The notes under the pieces are model-generated. The model saw only the letters and a program-made list of their open reading frames with translations, was not told the origin of the DNA and did no database searches. Shown here piece by piece: positions 30,401 through 34,800 of a DNA stretch of 64,000 nucleotides. Position 1 is the first letter of the stretch. The number at the start of each line of letters is the position of its first letter. The stretch comes from a virus (Duplodnaviria; Caudoviricetes), in the IMG/VR virus record IMGVR_UViG_3300012952_000019, positions 30,484 through 94,483 of that record; one strand, 5' to 3'. The position numbers were made by a program, and so were the translations under genes.

Positions 30401-30589
30401 GTTGACTCTATATCTGGATTTGATGGAAACATCCGTGCACTAATAGGTGTCGCAGGTGTTGAAGTAAGTAATGTTGGTTCTGGATATCAAAACCCAACAG
30501 TTGCTGTTGAGACTTCAGTCCCAGATGACTGGACTGCTCCTGACATAAGTCTATATGGAGAAGAACCAGTTGACCCCGAAACCCCATAA
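6479..30589 (+). CDS. gp7: giant gp7-like baseplate wedge initiator / multi-domain structural protein (8036 aa)
   Basis: Follows gp6. Has gp7-type segments (FLEYYY; IKDFY..KGT..S..YLFKLLYG; IQDSYYYQDFSY.VKS...HPA.FKVFG). Also carries GSGY repeats, a YHYH-like domain, a propeller-like region, two LamG-like domains, helical repeats, 19 YPR modules and a CBM-like domain. Confidence 0.8.
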   Translation: MTNINKVSQAVVSQTPDFVESDYPLFNRFLEYYYASQEKTGLGQNILNNFLGYLDIDKLDISILDGSTNVREAITTTSDRIVVESVDSFLDKNGTILVDNEVIFYETTTPAPNIALTPGINYDQVKLKWDELASPLTSFDGTTSRFPLTSQSNPVGPPSAQHLIVRVYNEWLLPNIDYTIDGDHIVFTNPPRARVVADDAAYTYITYLNGFVENEIVAMDNISGAFGENKRQFTITRNGVRYEPTVDEYVLAIYDNKLMIPKVDFFIDGDQFIFKTAPLNGRLLSFYAIEAPIPSFGKDAVGFAQIDDAGTLTGISVNNTGSQYRFQYPPQVSVNSTTGTGASATALVNGVKSLSLLNGGFGYSETNPPVVQVQSPTLDGSQQATLKATVTNGAVSALEVVNSGSGYTFTPRITFRQPGGCTLGTGQILNGSISAVPPITYGGFGYTTAPTVYVDEPTGESPIRANIQATLADDGSIASLTILNAGQGYTTTPRIAIIDPVGAQVLETVIDNDGRLVSIELLAGGSGYEDIPSVYIVDNRLDDRGTFIGGSGAKAVASIFNGRITDINVTEFGTGYSQTTPPTVVIQAPPEAEASATIGVNEVTGFNINQNGSGYTKAQFIGCARAASAITSYTQNGNAVFTDTSTASNHSLNAPVKCLDALFVKRLLDKYTEQFLPDVPSLDYNTIDVRTAIKTIKDFYSCKGTSYSIAYLFKLLYGEQVNISYPKDQIIKPSAATWSIDTILRATIVSGNPADIRDGLLTQDADIADENIRAASALVENFISIKTSEVEIYELILSEETIDGTFIVPYKTKLAEPLDQTEGIITVDSTIGWPERNGEFLIGSSSDTAELIQYKEKSLNQFIECTRSVNGVVEDWDSATEVKSNFKVYVNKGTAQEVVMNVVGIVDAQQTTLTDTGSYYLPGDKLAISKLGGTDVSSELTTWLYNVKKLISITGITFGGINDQAATVTCANPHGLLVGDQVTIYGANPIIYNGTFLVTSRDSTTVFQYELPQPGGVIPQGNILVSIDLNKGKSSSAQILTAIGSYTTNVQNTFFNDNYVYVASTGIPNYDIGPFPGSALLPGNQRKLNRFPRVAQTISTKNLINPGPVGTWVNGVSIWSYKSSLFKTFGAVTAITITNVGQDYDAASPPNISITGGGGSGATGSVVVNGSLSEVEVLTGGSGYTSSPLVSIVGGGGSGAAATAIITKGVVSRILINSGGTGYVSQPSITIVGGGGTGATATANVRGPIQSIAVTSGGASYTSNPTVTLSSGSGAVAQAIVQNGRIISIAIISAGSGYTTAPIVSIQGDGFGAVARAGIDIDGENAGRVTSVEILNRGIGYIQGTTLINLTSVGQDALFTANVFQWTYNLQATSSLDTAKGGVFEGFNNQYGGEYAHLSNPQRLRYVLGDNLQEPTAGNIVEQAEQLNHSPIVGWAFDGNPIYGPYGYADPTDQSSAINRLNTSYRLKTELVYDVVTNPYPARTAGPLLTDEAAGNFVEDYEYVFGLGDLDQYNGRFCKTPEFPGGRYCYFVTVDTTEQGNPVFPYVLGPSFNSVVDTWNLTDGATQQNIPTGVVRYRDPYENVDIDVERAPNASTNALTTEDGELLVFEVEDENRDAVISQDEIDDPDQIFEESPLQLFDYFPKVKFDSKVDIEVETITKFEDASVTGFTVENPGASYQVNDRLVFDNTDTDGTGVSARVSHIKGEAVSTYGYESIGGVNYGVLKTTTPHNLTVDDQVVVDYTPIMNNTNKTFVVKQIKGVEEIVIDQQGSGYNSELPPTIILDGDGTGAALEAVVTSVGSISSVNITNSGQDYTTNPRVILSHPQIYKKADYYISKITSNDYVKVNDVFVNDQKEVFLCGKTKDSFNYTIAFVAKLSATGVKDWEKTIKSTDGQNEVEFEKILVDGQDVYCVGHNRPNASILEAYNPDVVLCKYTQAANGLSATLQYQKAYAGISGSTRSDNVSAIAKYSDTRFVLGGYTNTNSGNPYDAYIAVVDTLGNFAVKRKLTSVNVSEKITDLLVDGTDIYYTLEIATSPNASNVDTGIGKANVGTSAITLLWNKQLSNTLYSFEDSSLTIDEFSELYITATTKLKADNTTKDGFWIGKLSTEGVFLWNYRYAVTGGYTIHAAKRSHIDIFGDLNVAINKYQNTDGELTVDVVKLGYNGIIKSHTNNKFDVNNIEGLTAHTLYPDSSGDIHVYGQTSWNRNELLLPFTSGASTDVTGHYTPTYISEGNGLQFDATNGYAKILGKDSTTPTTWVNSVIQLNGSDLGTKMTNDWTIEFMLYKDAVGNNNTHSQTQQTLIAIGDATLSTGGLWLYYDISSGQMQLVVTANGTALNSASGSLQSTVTTMFADNTWQFIALTKSAGQYTAYVNGIQVLQGTIDNTAFQNQNLYIGNIPGKSGTLNQFLSSYQGQYHIDNLRIRNRAVTPTVPTDVTNYPIAGEFNEGFDWQDTTWFSTYVNKYDYIDYVGWGIKIDKNADAARLGTQTAQTNTGIGFTRANIAIVEGSALTVNNTGFALAEAGFQNLDFDDADTSMTQDSSTLSYLQDVWSSRTATVPSPGSQKLRVTANVKDRYYFKVTPTVKIDNIQELTLNQQFRFTTGAKLRLNNSSGVFQNSGYIIRQDTTNNKIYLAVNINAWSDDLNTGELVTEQFNEQSTYGIVGPIPADVNELIFTFPLINNTTPGTFDIDLNNFNHPEGGSNNLDELTNFKPYTDDDYSIRIDEVAGGSPYIVGSVININSGDISYNAAYTTAQITNLTGVLKITLVATLKKIIQVTAVANSDEVYIVTANSHYLTEGEMVNIDGNPSQTVDSVVYDEYDGAFPVFSVVSPVEFTYKLPSAAITSPATSSGSVNIYVKSPVLKMYYGHQYLFDVSHSSMAGGNLSFSKDNLYKLEYSFNSIERVGTPGITGQGVPNPTVKLKVDTEIVTNISYYFDPSRTGADSPVNPASYLDVVDSPYVGNFTISSISGATITRGADTFKFVLANEPEGNADVINTSYSTSSLKAVGSINDIRIVNPGGFYTRLPVVTTIQSSRQIERVQIDAPGTEYAVGVYNSVPIAGDGEGGFVSITVADGTDDEGVTIPGQIQEVVVTSPGKGYTTASIDVESISGILGAGLTGSGVDLNVVIPPAGSGASIFTKGIKVGKIKKLQNNNFGYDYPHDYTLRPEISFPINAQLTSTSILDSITVTDPGSGYSQAPTVVITGGGGQNATAEASIKNGRLDDIIVKDPGSGYSSAPTVALRSSFNYVVNLDLGLLQFAFPHGIVNGSEVTLTVTDTGDGAEFPLSAGAVGRLNSTNTYYAIAGTANSLEENQLKIAITAANAALGDSLSFVNAGTGRQTILTESFGGAATANVVTSTFLEGELVYQGDSLDAATASGYVSTNQGWQVGPRIIKIVDYTGDFNANERITGVISKSSGIISDLKIARGVLEIGSITKTTGQFIDDIGKPSEIIQKIQDSYYYQDFSYAVKSAVSIGEWKEILLKNVHPASFKVFGELNLSDYGQIPNKETDFQITKAVELAREAIVPNIQSFSLVEPVYSQFNNSEVLFRQKRLTSSENILTSVVQRLDDISNQFDGVKTQFPLKVNGENVVANANQLMIILNGVAQTPETSFNIQGDSIVFSQPPQPPASVKYVNATISEINISEITFTNVSGIFPIIGNTMAGQTSLARFTVTSVIGQAIRGFFVEGSAFTFGELVSNSATGFIANYDAVSSISNLGLFTFGEQVSNLDGKTARVESINLAGGSSDPLGQLRYGVGPSTAAIEVVASKAVSTDPDTPPATGTFALNANYQVGSEIVTVTQITENNDSTILEVTRGQLGTTAATQAEDGPVYATTVLVNDKLTLSKTTGTYQSTPGLFDLALNDVIIGAQSGVVARLTATSTYQDPTTQEFIGQVNISEGSSFFGLLFNRVTSITYPNIVLDDISISTISVVDYDTYTTDIDSQFPANEFISQIVIPYDNASGKLSVGEMIRNYKLDYGNNVGTFNSGESGKSRKLTFREKQGTGIFSAGQTIRTRDTKAEVIGFDFSGDTIYLGKIGRSLRGGADYHQFNFSGSAQLDTSIKKFGDASLQLDLATSDYIQIPASSEFTRGTGDYTIEFQVRLDAVSLADTKTLVDMRTSATEVALRIYLQAAQVRVNVNGSDIATSGGNALNNNVWYHLVIQRTGTSLKIFSNGVEIGTGTDSGNYTLDRPIRIGADYAGLNPITAHIDEFRYSVVSRYATVPFTSPNGIFQGDADTKVLCHFDGADGATKTEDWSGGESFTQEEYLNNDALAVTDASSANAPAGFNKKSHRYLNAADLMLMNKEYLAQETVYIMKEVFPAHSVKGSEVDCEDDVRDVVDSIVDDLRNGSNHHMWKAASYYVNRAVNPIQIVNVEDDVSMTVYVYEILDKLAKYIVNNVPWSTQGDHGLTQKFDTSITFDGYTSQTLTKFSPTAIDYHPSMGDMEITAASHGLAAPRTITASSSGYTATTGVLTVESVGHSLETGDRIKFEPNSITMTCTCDGNTVSQSYPRDDDPANQGWLEVAKIDNDNFSVNVGTSPTVNFTATAADYDSNTGFLTMDIGDNDLRPGSKYTVSSAAYNPTSGVMTVGIGNDQYNVHDADYSPTSGDLEIYTGTHNLKTGQFIKIANNGITFRCSQDDYATNHPYPRATDPARDTALEVLHVTDTSFTVNVGKSPIVEYDVSNATFNPNTGEMTLTIGNHSLSANTSIRIKTQSIGFTCTYGAGVHYYPRPLIDEHNVSDAAYNPTTGVVTLTIPQGHGMKDGDKVKIPDYSLSFTCDKDSNATTHRYPRPYDPISDRWIEISNVQSTSIDIQVLDTAPSTNTSTHTFISFTGAIQQKRDKSFEQSISIASVGPTTITLNVGISSNTTTHTYSTSLAGAVQTGGNYKHKFRSALTNAITVEHGLYVGDRVMFDRDSLTFTCLEDGGATEHTYPRITDPYYNKWLPISNVTHTTFDVQVLSSTPSTNQTAHTFVRAKANGLTRSGETLKLAKDALSFTCSQDNDATVHSYPRVDDSVYNTAIPIWSNGSTRMTAQSALYNTATGMLTITILNHGLTVGTELRLENKSLVFTCAKDGNKTEHAYPRPKDPFAARWLRIKAVTDHTFTLFIGEASATGQYAHTFIRAVKDGIVKRDNTVTVNVGATPTKAYTPSAATYNASTGALELNVGSHSYPAPTQHTPTDVAYNPVSGVMTLTIAGHNFSNGEKIKIADNGIKLSCPYGGATGTAAQKDYPRSTDPVSNKWIPIFNVTTDTFDVQVLDSTPSTNVDTHTFVSAVNNCVSKANYTVKLAPDSLVMTCDMDSGATKHLYPRSNVATHTPSTGTSYNPVTGALTVSIPTESFTASAANYNVTTGACVLTISQNAGSYNVTGATYAPTTGVLVLTLGGGSHSLTTNDRIKITPESLKFTCDYNNDNNTTIHPYPRAAGAYNSTNSKADYAYDTWLDITAVSSTTITVNVNGGQGAITDISNHTFVGALDGAVQVGHGIVPGNKVKLAPNSLTFTCTLDGNTAQKSYPRSTGANTTSGADYAYDKWLRVMDVGDNTITVNLNGGQGAISDTSAHTFVSATANGITLGHGMVAGTPIKIKDGGVTFRCAHDNNATLHPYPRATDPASDKWLFIKNVSDTQFEVDILQGTTPTNTTTHTYAGSMDNCIIQGDPLVAQAIPIDAVTGSTITINALDGYTPSFTPNHTLDSVSTSQFTPTNAVYDGSTGEIAITVATTTFTPSTVAYNAITGEMQMTIGSHSLAVGEEILIAANSLTFTCDFNGDGNTTNKTYPRATNASTPTGSDFAYNNHLQITDTTATTITVNVNGGGGAITDTTNHVFVSATADAISVSHGIKTGEKIKIANNGITFTCLEDSNATNHPYPRPTDPASGRWLDVVATTNNTFTVQVLDEIPSTNITAHTFVSATTNAITRAIISTGGNYKHKFISGLTNGVRTGGDYTHTFVSATTNGIHVAGDSVYLEDNSIRFTCSQDNHLTQHDYPRVTDPASKHVMEVKTVDNDRFVINVGKSPQEKRYDHLFVSANANSVIKSKYQITNCSDVYTTTNNLIDILRDTITQAALPSPVDHLATITDLLPVQEFVGGRVYSYLEVPFKITYEDDAQEMVYTDRIDVFSRYRFRDAANLIRQNTGAIVDKASYDMLVRYPALYQDMPRNQGGASTDGIERCKTDLTQVCGGVANDIENGGNDNVITAAGFYIGANNMIQHIRLQLPQSIYVHERLIYYLKQAIDGTLTTDNTENLIVGDWGITNDDSVTTYDVYGATYDAGSGDLTMTLASNTGSYSVTGAVYNPTSGDLTLTIGTHTLTTNDKVGIATESLVFTCDYNSNGNQTQKRYPRSFGANTTNGADYAYNQFLDITAVNQSGGTITVNVNGGQGAITDTTTHNFVLTPSATNAVTVGHGFSAGDSLQIGNEALTFTCSMDGNVSNKTYPRATDPAYGKSLTITNATATTVTVNVGTTPEVKYTPTFATYNAQSGIMVLTIGNHNLQTGQPIKINGGALKFTCEMDGNEAIKSYPRTTDPFYDKPIDITATTADSIQLNVGTSPIVLHNVSNATYNPTTGVMVLTLNVNHGLVAGTSIRLATESLVFTCTLDGNTVQKSYPRSTSANTGTGADYAYNTAINIDSADQAAGTITINVNGGQGAISDTSAHTFVSANSGAVRSGGDYVHTFYSADTESVIAGGEYTHVWAGGTATDAVSVIGDCADVKTNIESLITTVNDIIAPTGKDFDTAGNRLYFNRELIAQDVTSNMVQEFTYQAGPTTYYGFQFGGNNLLDTEFQADVELLVKSLISDLQTGGNNSSVKALEDTYLNADGTLHRIEDMVMATVFGMEKLKEVGREVIRNNVYNAFESQPFGAYSTQSGFTAYRDTEETVDIDAVVGEWNNLLDHVIEFFSPGQKIMRSGMKQILFNSNYYKNELNNLVNTQFGNGQWIYNDFVDELLGNMIQDSITTDVSHMQDAYRLTLTSVTGEFRVGEVVTAAGGGYATILEWDSKDRHLYISSFLSGTISGGETVTGQTGGAATVTTGGVGKKFDWYTHPANVEILRNARLISSQVQDQLIGQNVGYNYPEDLSSGNTLTNLTVSADVTAAPDNALSADKLVATTTVGEHFVFNNYSLNAFETFDSGNVTFDTSGETFDTGQVGTQESQQFTYSVFLKQGEYTKARFMVSLDEDTAQRQQAFYDIDLTNGTTGSIFQPQGGLTIDASGVIPYGGGWYRAYITITCSFGFQQLRQQVQIKNATGQTSFAGNASDGLFAWGQKLTKGLIDPYAATSGDVFYADTEYNIKTYTIDKLENWIYDALKDQLLNPSPESGFVPYFSDSDAQNYHPESVHRLVRYSLDIIRNQLLNSTYYTDIIVQNGIVAPAKDYGTFDIPVGLAGGLNNADYLYGLESGSYAELEKVTMNEGEVVQVYQRFRIDANIVDGPYFMNEVVQKQGDSTVTGIVYGFYEDDNFKYLDVAVTGGTWTVLDYVVGATNTTTAQINAIEDRIQITDLMGEFTDNIPFKGYDSGETAIPTGFLKAQAAVTDNSGGKLTVDTETLIGTFETTATIYPEQSKLFIDVTRYEGLDVLIGYRISSAGHTRIGITIQNNKNVFVVGNKLNKITNGIIDANNFGYITEIDLDNNILYYILASGNITNGDQVGDFGVAPDPLNPLGHAVINTKLDVAGAATAVIQDIKEVGVNKRFYLTNVTGTFSGRDGIFSKDNYKAAIITKTDLKGRVERAFRGFDGSQTNFKLTISNGTPYFPDPAGHMLIFINGVLQPPGSANAYTAFSDNIQFTEAPDLGASFTGFYVGKLRQLDDISFEFDSLRQSFNLKRDDVFYSLTLTDGVQSSTILPENNIIVSLNGVIQEPGVGFELVGSRIIFSEIPRVGSTFVAFSYVGSEADVDAAEVVPPIEVGDFIDIQGETEDRQVAVIESSNSLITFDYLGSVFGQNAKASATLVSGTIDRVQVTSGGSGYTTRPNVRVDSISGFDGNIRALIGVAGVEVSNVGSGYQNPTVAVETSVPDDWTAPDISLYGEEPVDPETP
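19775..24601 (+). repeat. cluster of 15 nested ~100-aa YPR modules
   Basis: 15 FTC/FRC..D...YPR motifs, with matching Y.P.TG opening and HTF closing segments. Confidence 0.9.
25268..26602 (+). repeat. cluster of 4 nested YPR modules
   Basis: 4 FTC..YPR motifs and two deferred closing strands (GGDYVHTF, GGEYTHVW). Confidence 0.9.
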
Positions 30590-30592
30590 ATA
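30586..30592 (+). promoter_or_regulatory. T4-like late promoter (ATAAATA)
   Basis: Overlaps the gp7 stop, 18 nt before the ATG at 30611. Confidence 0.7.
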
Positions 30593-30610
30593 ACTAAAAA
30601 ATAGTGAGCG

Positions 30611-31837
30611 ATGGCTAAACAAACACTAGGTCTTGGATCTGCTGCAAACGATAATACAGGTGACACTCTTCGTGCAGGTGGTGACAAGATAAACGACAAT
30701 TTTAGCGAAGTATATACTGCTTTAGGAAATGGAACTAACCTAACGGTGACTCTTGCCAACCCTGCTGTTGGACATGTGTTGCGTTATAATGGTTCAACGT
30801 TCACTCCTTCTGATTATACACAGTTAACTTCTGCTCTTGACGTAAATAATAATTCTATAATTTCTTCTTCCAATGGCAATATTGTTCTTGCTCCTAATGG
30901 AACAGGTGATGTCACTATTTCTAACGGTGGTATTACTAGTACTTTTGAAGGAACTGACGGGACTATTGATTTCCCTACTACTATCAAATATAAGAACGAA
31001 TACGCAGCGATAGGATCAACTCCTTCTGCTGCAACATATACTGGATATTTCTTTACTGTAGATGGTGATGATAATCCATATGTTAATATTAATATTACTG
31101 CAGGTGGTGTTGGAGATACACAAGCAAAACTTTTAACAGAGTATTCTACTCTTGGTCAAATTGGAAACGTAGATACAACATCGAATGCTCCTACTGATGG
31201 TCAATTATTAAAGTGGAGTACTTCATTAAGTAAATGGGCACCTGCAGATGATCTAGCTGGTGCAGGATCACAAAATTTATGGGAATCTATTGTTGCTGAT
31301 ACAGGAACTACAACTGCCGATTCTGCAACTGATTCTTTAACATTCACTGGTGGAACAGATATTGCAACTGCTATTACTGGTGATACAGTAACGATTAATT
31401 ATACTGGAACTCCTGTAACAACATTTGCTGCTCTAACTGATACTGATCTATCAGGAATAGTTAAAGGTGATGCAATTTATTGGAATAATACTGACTGGGT
31501 TGTATCTAGAAGTCCAGTTATTTGGTGGAACTTAAACTCTAGTGGTGCATCTGATTACACCTTCTCTGGTCCTGGTTTTACTGGTGCTGTAAATGACCCA
31601 ACTCTTTATGTTTATAGAGGATTTACTTATATCTTTGATAACTCAGTTCAAGGTGGTGCTCATCCATTTAGAATTCAAAGCACACAAGGTTTAACTGGAA
31701 CTCCATATGTGGCAGGTCAGTCAGGTAGTGGATCCAATATTCTTTATTGGACAGTTCCATTGGATGCTCCTGCAACTCTTTATTATCAATGTACACTCCA
31801 TTCTGCTATGAATGGAACAATCAACGTAGCGGTATAG
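30611..31837 (+). CDS. gp9: gp9/gp10-like baseplate fibre connector with C-terminal cupredoxin-like domain
   Basis: N-terminus KQ.L.LG..ANDNTGDTLRAGGDKINDNF matches the T4 gp9/gp10 N-domain. C-terminus has HPF...YYQCTLHSAM.G. Confidence 0.75.
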   Translation: MAKQTLGLGSAANDNTGDTLRAGGDKINDNFSEVYTALGNGTNLTVTLANPAVGHVLRYNGSTFTPSDYTQLTSALDVNNNSIISSSNGNIVLAPNGTGDVTISNGGITSTFEGTDGTIDFPTTIKYKNEYAAIGSTPSAATYTGYFFTVDGDDNPYVNINITAGGVGDTQAKLLTEYSTLGQIGNVDTTSNAPTDGQLLKWSTSLSKWAPADDLAGAGSQNLWESIVADTGTTTADSATDSLTFTGGTDIATAITGDTVTINYTGTPVTTFAALTDTDLSGIVKGDAIYWNNTDWVVSRSPVIWWNLNSSGASDYTFSGPGFTGAVNDPTLYVYRGFTYIFDNSVQGGAHPFRIQSTQGLTGTPYVAGQSGSGSNILYWTVPLDAPATLYYQCTLHSAMNGTINVAV

Positions 31838-31840
31838 TAA

Positions 31841-34800
31841 ATGGCAAGAACAGTTCCTGGTTCTGGTGCTGTCATTGAACCAATTTTCGATGAGATTTTT
31901 GGTGTTCGTGCGGTAGAAGTCACAGATGGTGGGAGTGGATACTCTGTATCTGATCCTCCTCGTTTGACTATAACTGGTTGTGGAACTCCTGATGTAGAAG
32001 CATTATTATATCCTATTATTGATCCTGACTCAGGAAAAATTATACACGTTAGAGTTCTGAGTAGAGGTAGAGGATATGATCCATTAAGATTACAGATAAT
32101 TCCAGAACAAGAAACTCCTAATGTTGTAACGTCATTTGATATAAGAAGAATATTTCAATCTCATCCTAATAGTCCTACTACATCATCTTTTACAAGTGAT
32201 AGACTTAGGATAGTATCTGATAATCATCCTAAACCTTCACAGCATATATTTGCTGAAAGGGAACCAGGTGGTTCTACTACAGTTCTTGATAGATCTTTTG
32301 ATCAGACTTTTATCTATAGAGGTGGTAAAGATGTTCCTCATCCAGATGCTGCTAATAGACAATATCAAGGTGATAAAGCAACAGGCATTATGGCAAATGG
32401 TGTTTTGCTTCATACTCCTGAGTGGGGACAAGATGGAAATCCACCACCAGGATTTACTATTGATGCTGTAAAATATCCTTATATTAAAAATAATAATGCA
32501 TATGATGCAGTACTTGATAATCAAGTTTATTATTATCAAACAAATAAACTTAGAACTGAATGGAACTTAGATAATGGTGTATTTGATTGGGGTAGAATAA
32601 GACAGTTTACTTGGCAAGTTAAAACAGAACATGACAATGTTCTAATAGAATTAGGAACTTTAGATCAAACTATAGGTTCAGTTGAAGTAGGTAGAATCGT
32701 AGATTGTATTACATCTACTGCTAAAGGTGAAGTAGCAAAAATTGTTAAAGATAATTTAGGTAATCCAACAAAAATATATTTAAGAACTCTTACTGGTGTT
32801 CCTTTCCAAGAGAATGATGTTTGTTTAGGTGCTAATGGATTCCAATTTAGAGTTCAAGGTATTCCTAGAACATTCCCTACTGGTATATTTTATATCGAGT
32901 TTGGAGAAGAAGCACATGAGTTTGGACCTTTTACACCTGGTCAATTTTATTTTGCTCCAGAAGATATTAAAGTTCAAAGAAATTATTTAATTATTTGGGA
33001 TCAAAGTGATAGTTCAAATAATACTGGTGGAATGTCTCATCCAATGAGATTCAGTACAACTGCTGATGGAACTCTTAATGGTGGAACTCTGTATTACAAT
33101 AGCACTGGTGTTACACAAGCACCTGCTGCTGACTATGAAAATGAGTATCAAGCATTATTCTTAATGAATGCTGATGAGAATAATAAAATTTATTATCATT
33201 GTGCTTATCATCGTTATATGTCTGGTTATCAAGGTGATGAAGGTTATATGACACTTGCATCAGAAATAGATGCTGATCCTACTGTTAACACATATTACTT
33301 TACAAATTATTATCAATCAGATGCTAATGATCCTAATACTATTGATTATAGTAGACATGTAGATGGTCACTCTAAAATATTAGGTATGTCTTATGATGGA
33401 TATCCTATTTACGGTCCTTATGGATATAATTCCAGTGGTGCAGTTGCTAGAGAAGTATCTGGACATAGATTAAAAACTACTGCTGAGTTAGCAGGTAATC
33501 GTCCTCAAGTTAATACAGTTTCTACAGTAACATATAATGTAACTGTATCAAATAATCAATTTCAATTCAGTGGTAGTAGACCTGCGTTTTTAACATTAGA
33601 TAGAGGTAAGACATATGTCTTTAATCAAGATGATTCTTCTAATGATAGTCTATTCTTATTTGTTGGAACATCTGATGATGGATGGCATGTAGGTGCACCT
33701 CCTGTTATTGGAGATACATCATATCTTCTAGCAGGTGATCATGTTAAGTATTACATTGATGGTGCTGAGACTACTTACAATACTTACATTTCTGCTTTTA
33801 ATACAGCATCACAAAGAGAAACTAGAATACATGTTCCTGTTGATGCTCCTATAGCATTATATCTTTTTGCATATTCACAATCAGGTGTAGGAATAAGATG
33901 TGTTGTTGAGGGATATGTTCTTGGTGATTTAACTGAAGATTATATACATGATTCTAGTGTTGGAACTCTTGATGCTTATAATGGTAAGTTTAGTCCTACT
34001 CCAGAATATCCTAATGGAACTTATGCATATTATATGACAGAAGATAGTTCTGCTGTTCCCACATATCCTTATGCAATAGGTAAAAGATTTTATGGAACTC
34101 CGCTATTTGAAGGTGATACAGTTCCTGCACAAGTAGAAATATTCCCTGCGGGTGCTGAAGGTGATGTTGTTCTAAACGCTACTGGTCAAATAGCGTATGT
34201 TAGAATGACTAAATTTGGTGATAATTATTTTGGTCCTGCACAAGCAAAGATTTTAGGTGGTCAAGGAACAGGTGCATTAGCAAGTCCAATAGTACAGACA
34301 GTTACTGGTTTATCATTATTAAATTCTGGTAGAGAGTATGCTACACCTCCAACACTTATATTTGAAGGTGGTGGCGGTGGTGTAGGTGCTGAAGGTGCTG
34401 CTGAGATTGATACTTTTGGTAAAGTTACTGGTATTAGTATTGTTGATGAAGGTGAATTTTATCAAGAACCTCCTTATGTGTTAATTACAGGTGGTGGAGG
34501 TATTGGTGCTAAAGCGGTTGCTAGAATTGATCAGGGTGTAATTGTAGGAATTGATGTTACAGATTCTGGTTCTGGATATATCAATCCACCAAATATTGTA
34601 TTCACTAAACTTGTTAACTTAAAACGTAAGACAAGAGCAAGACAGTCTTATAACTCTCAAGCAATTTACTTAACTGGTCTTGTAAAAGATTTAGCAGCAT
34701 CAGACACAGAAATATTTACTGACACGACTACTGGTTTTCCTGGTTCTGGATCACTAATTGTAAACACTGAAACTATCACATATACTGGTAAAGCAACTGG

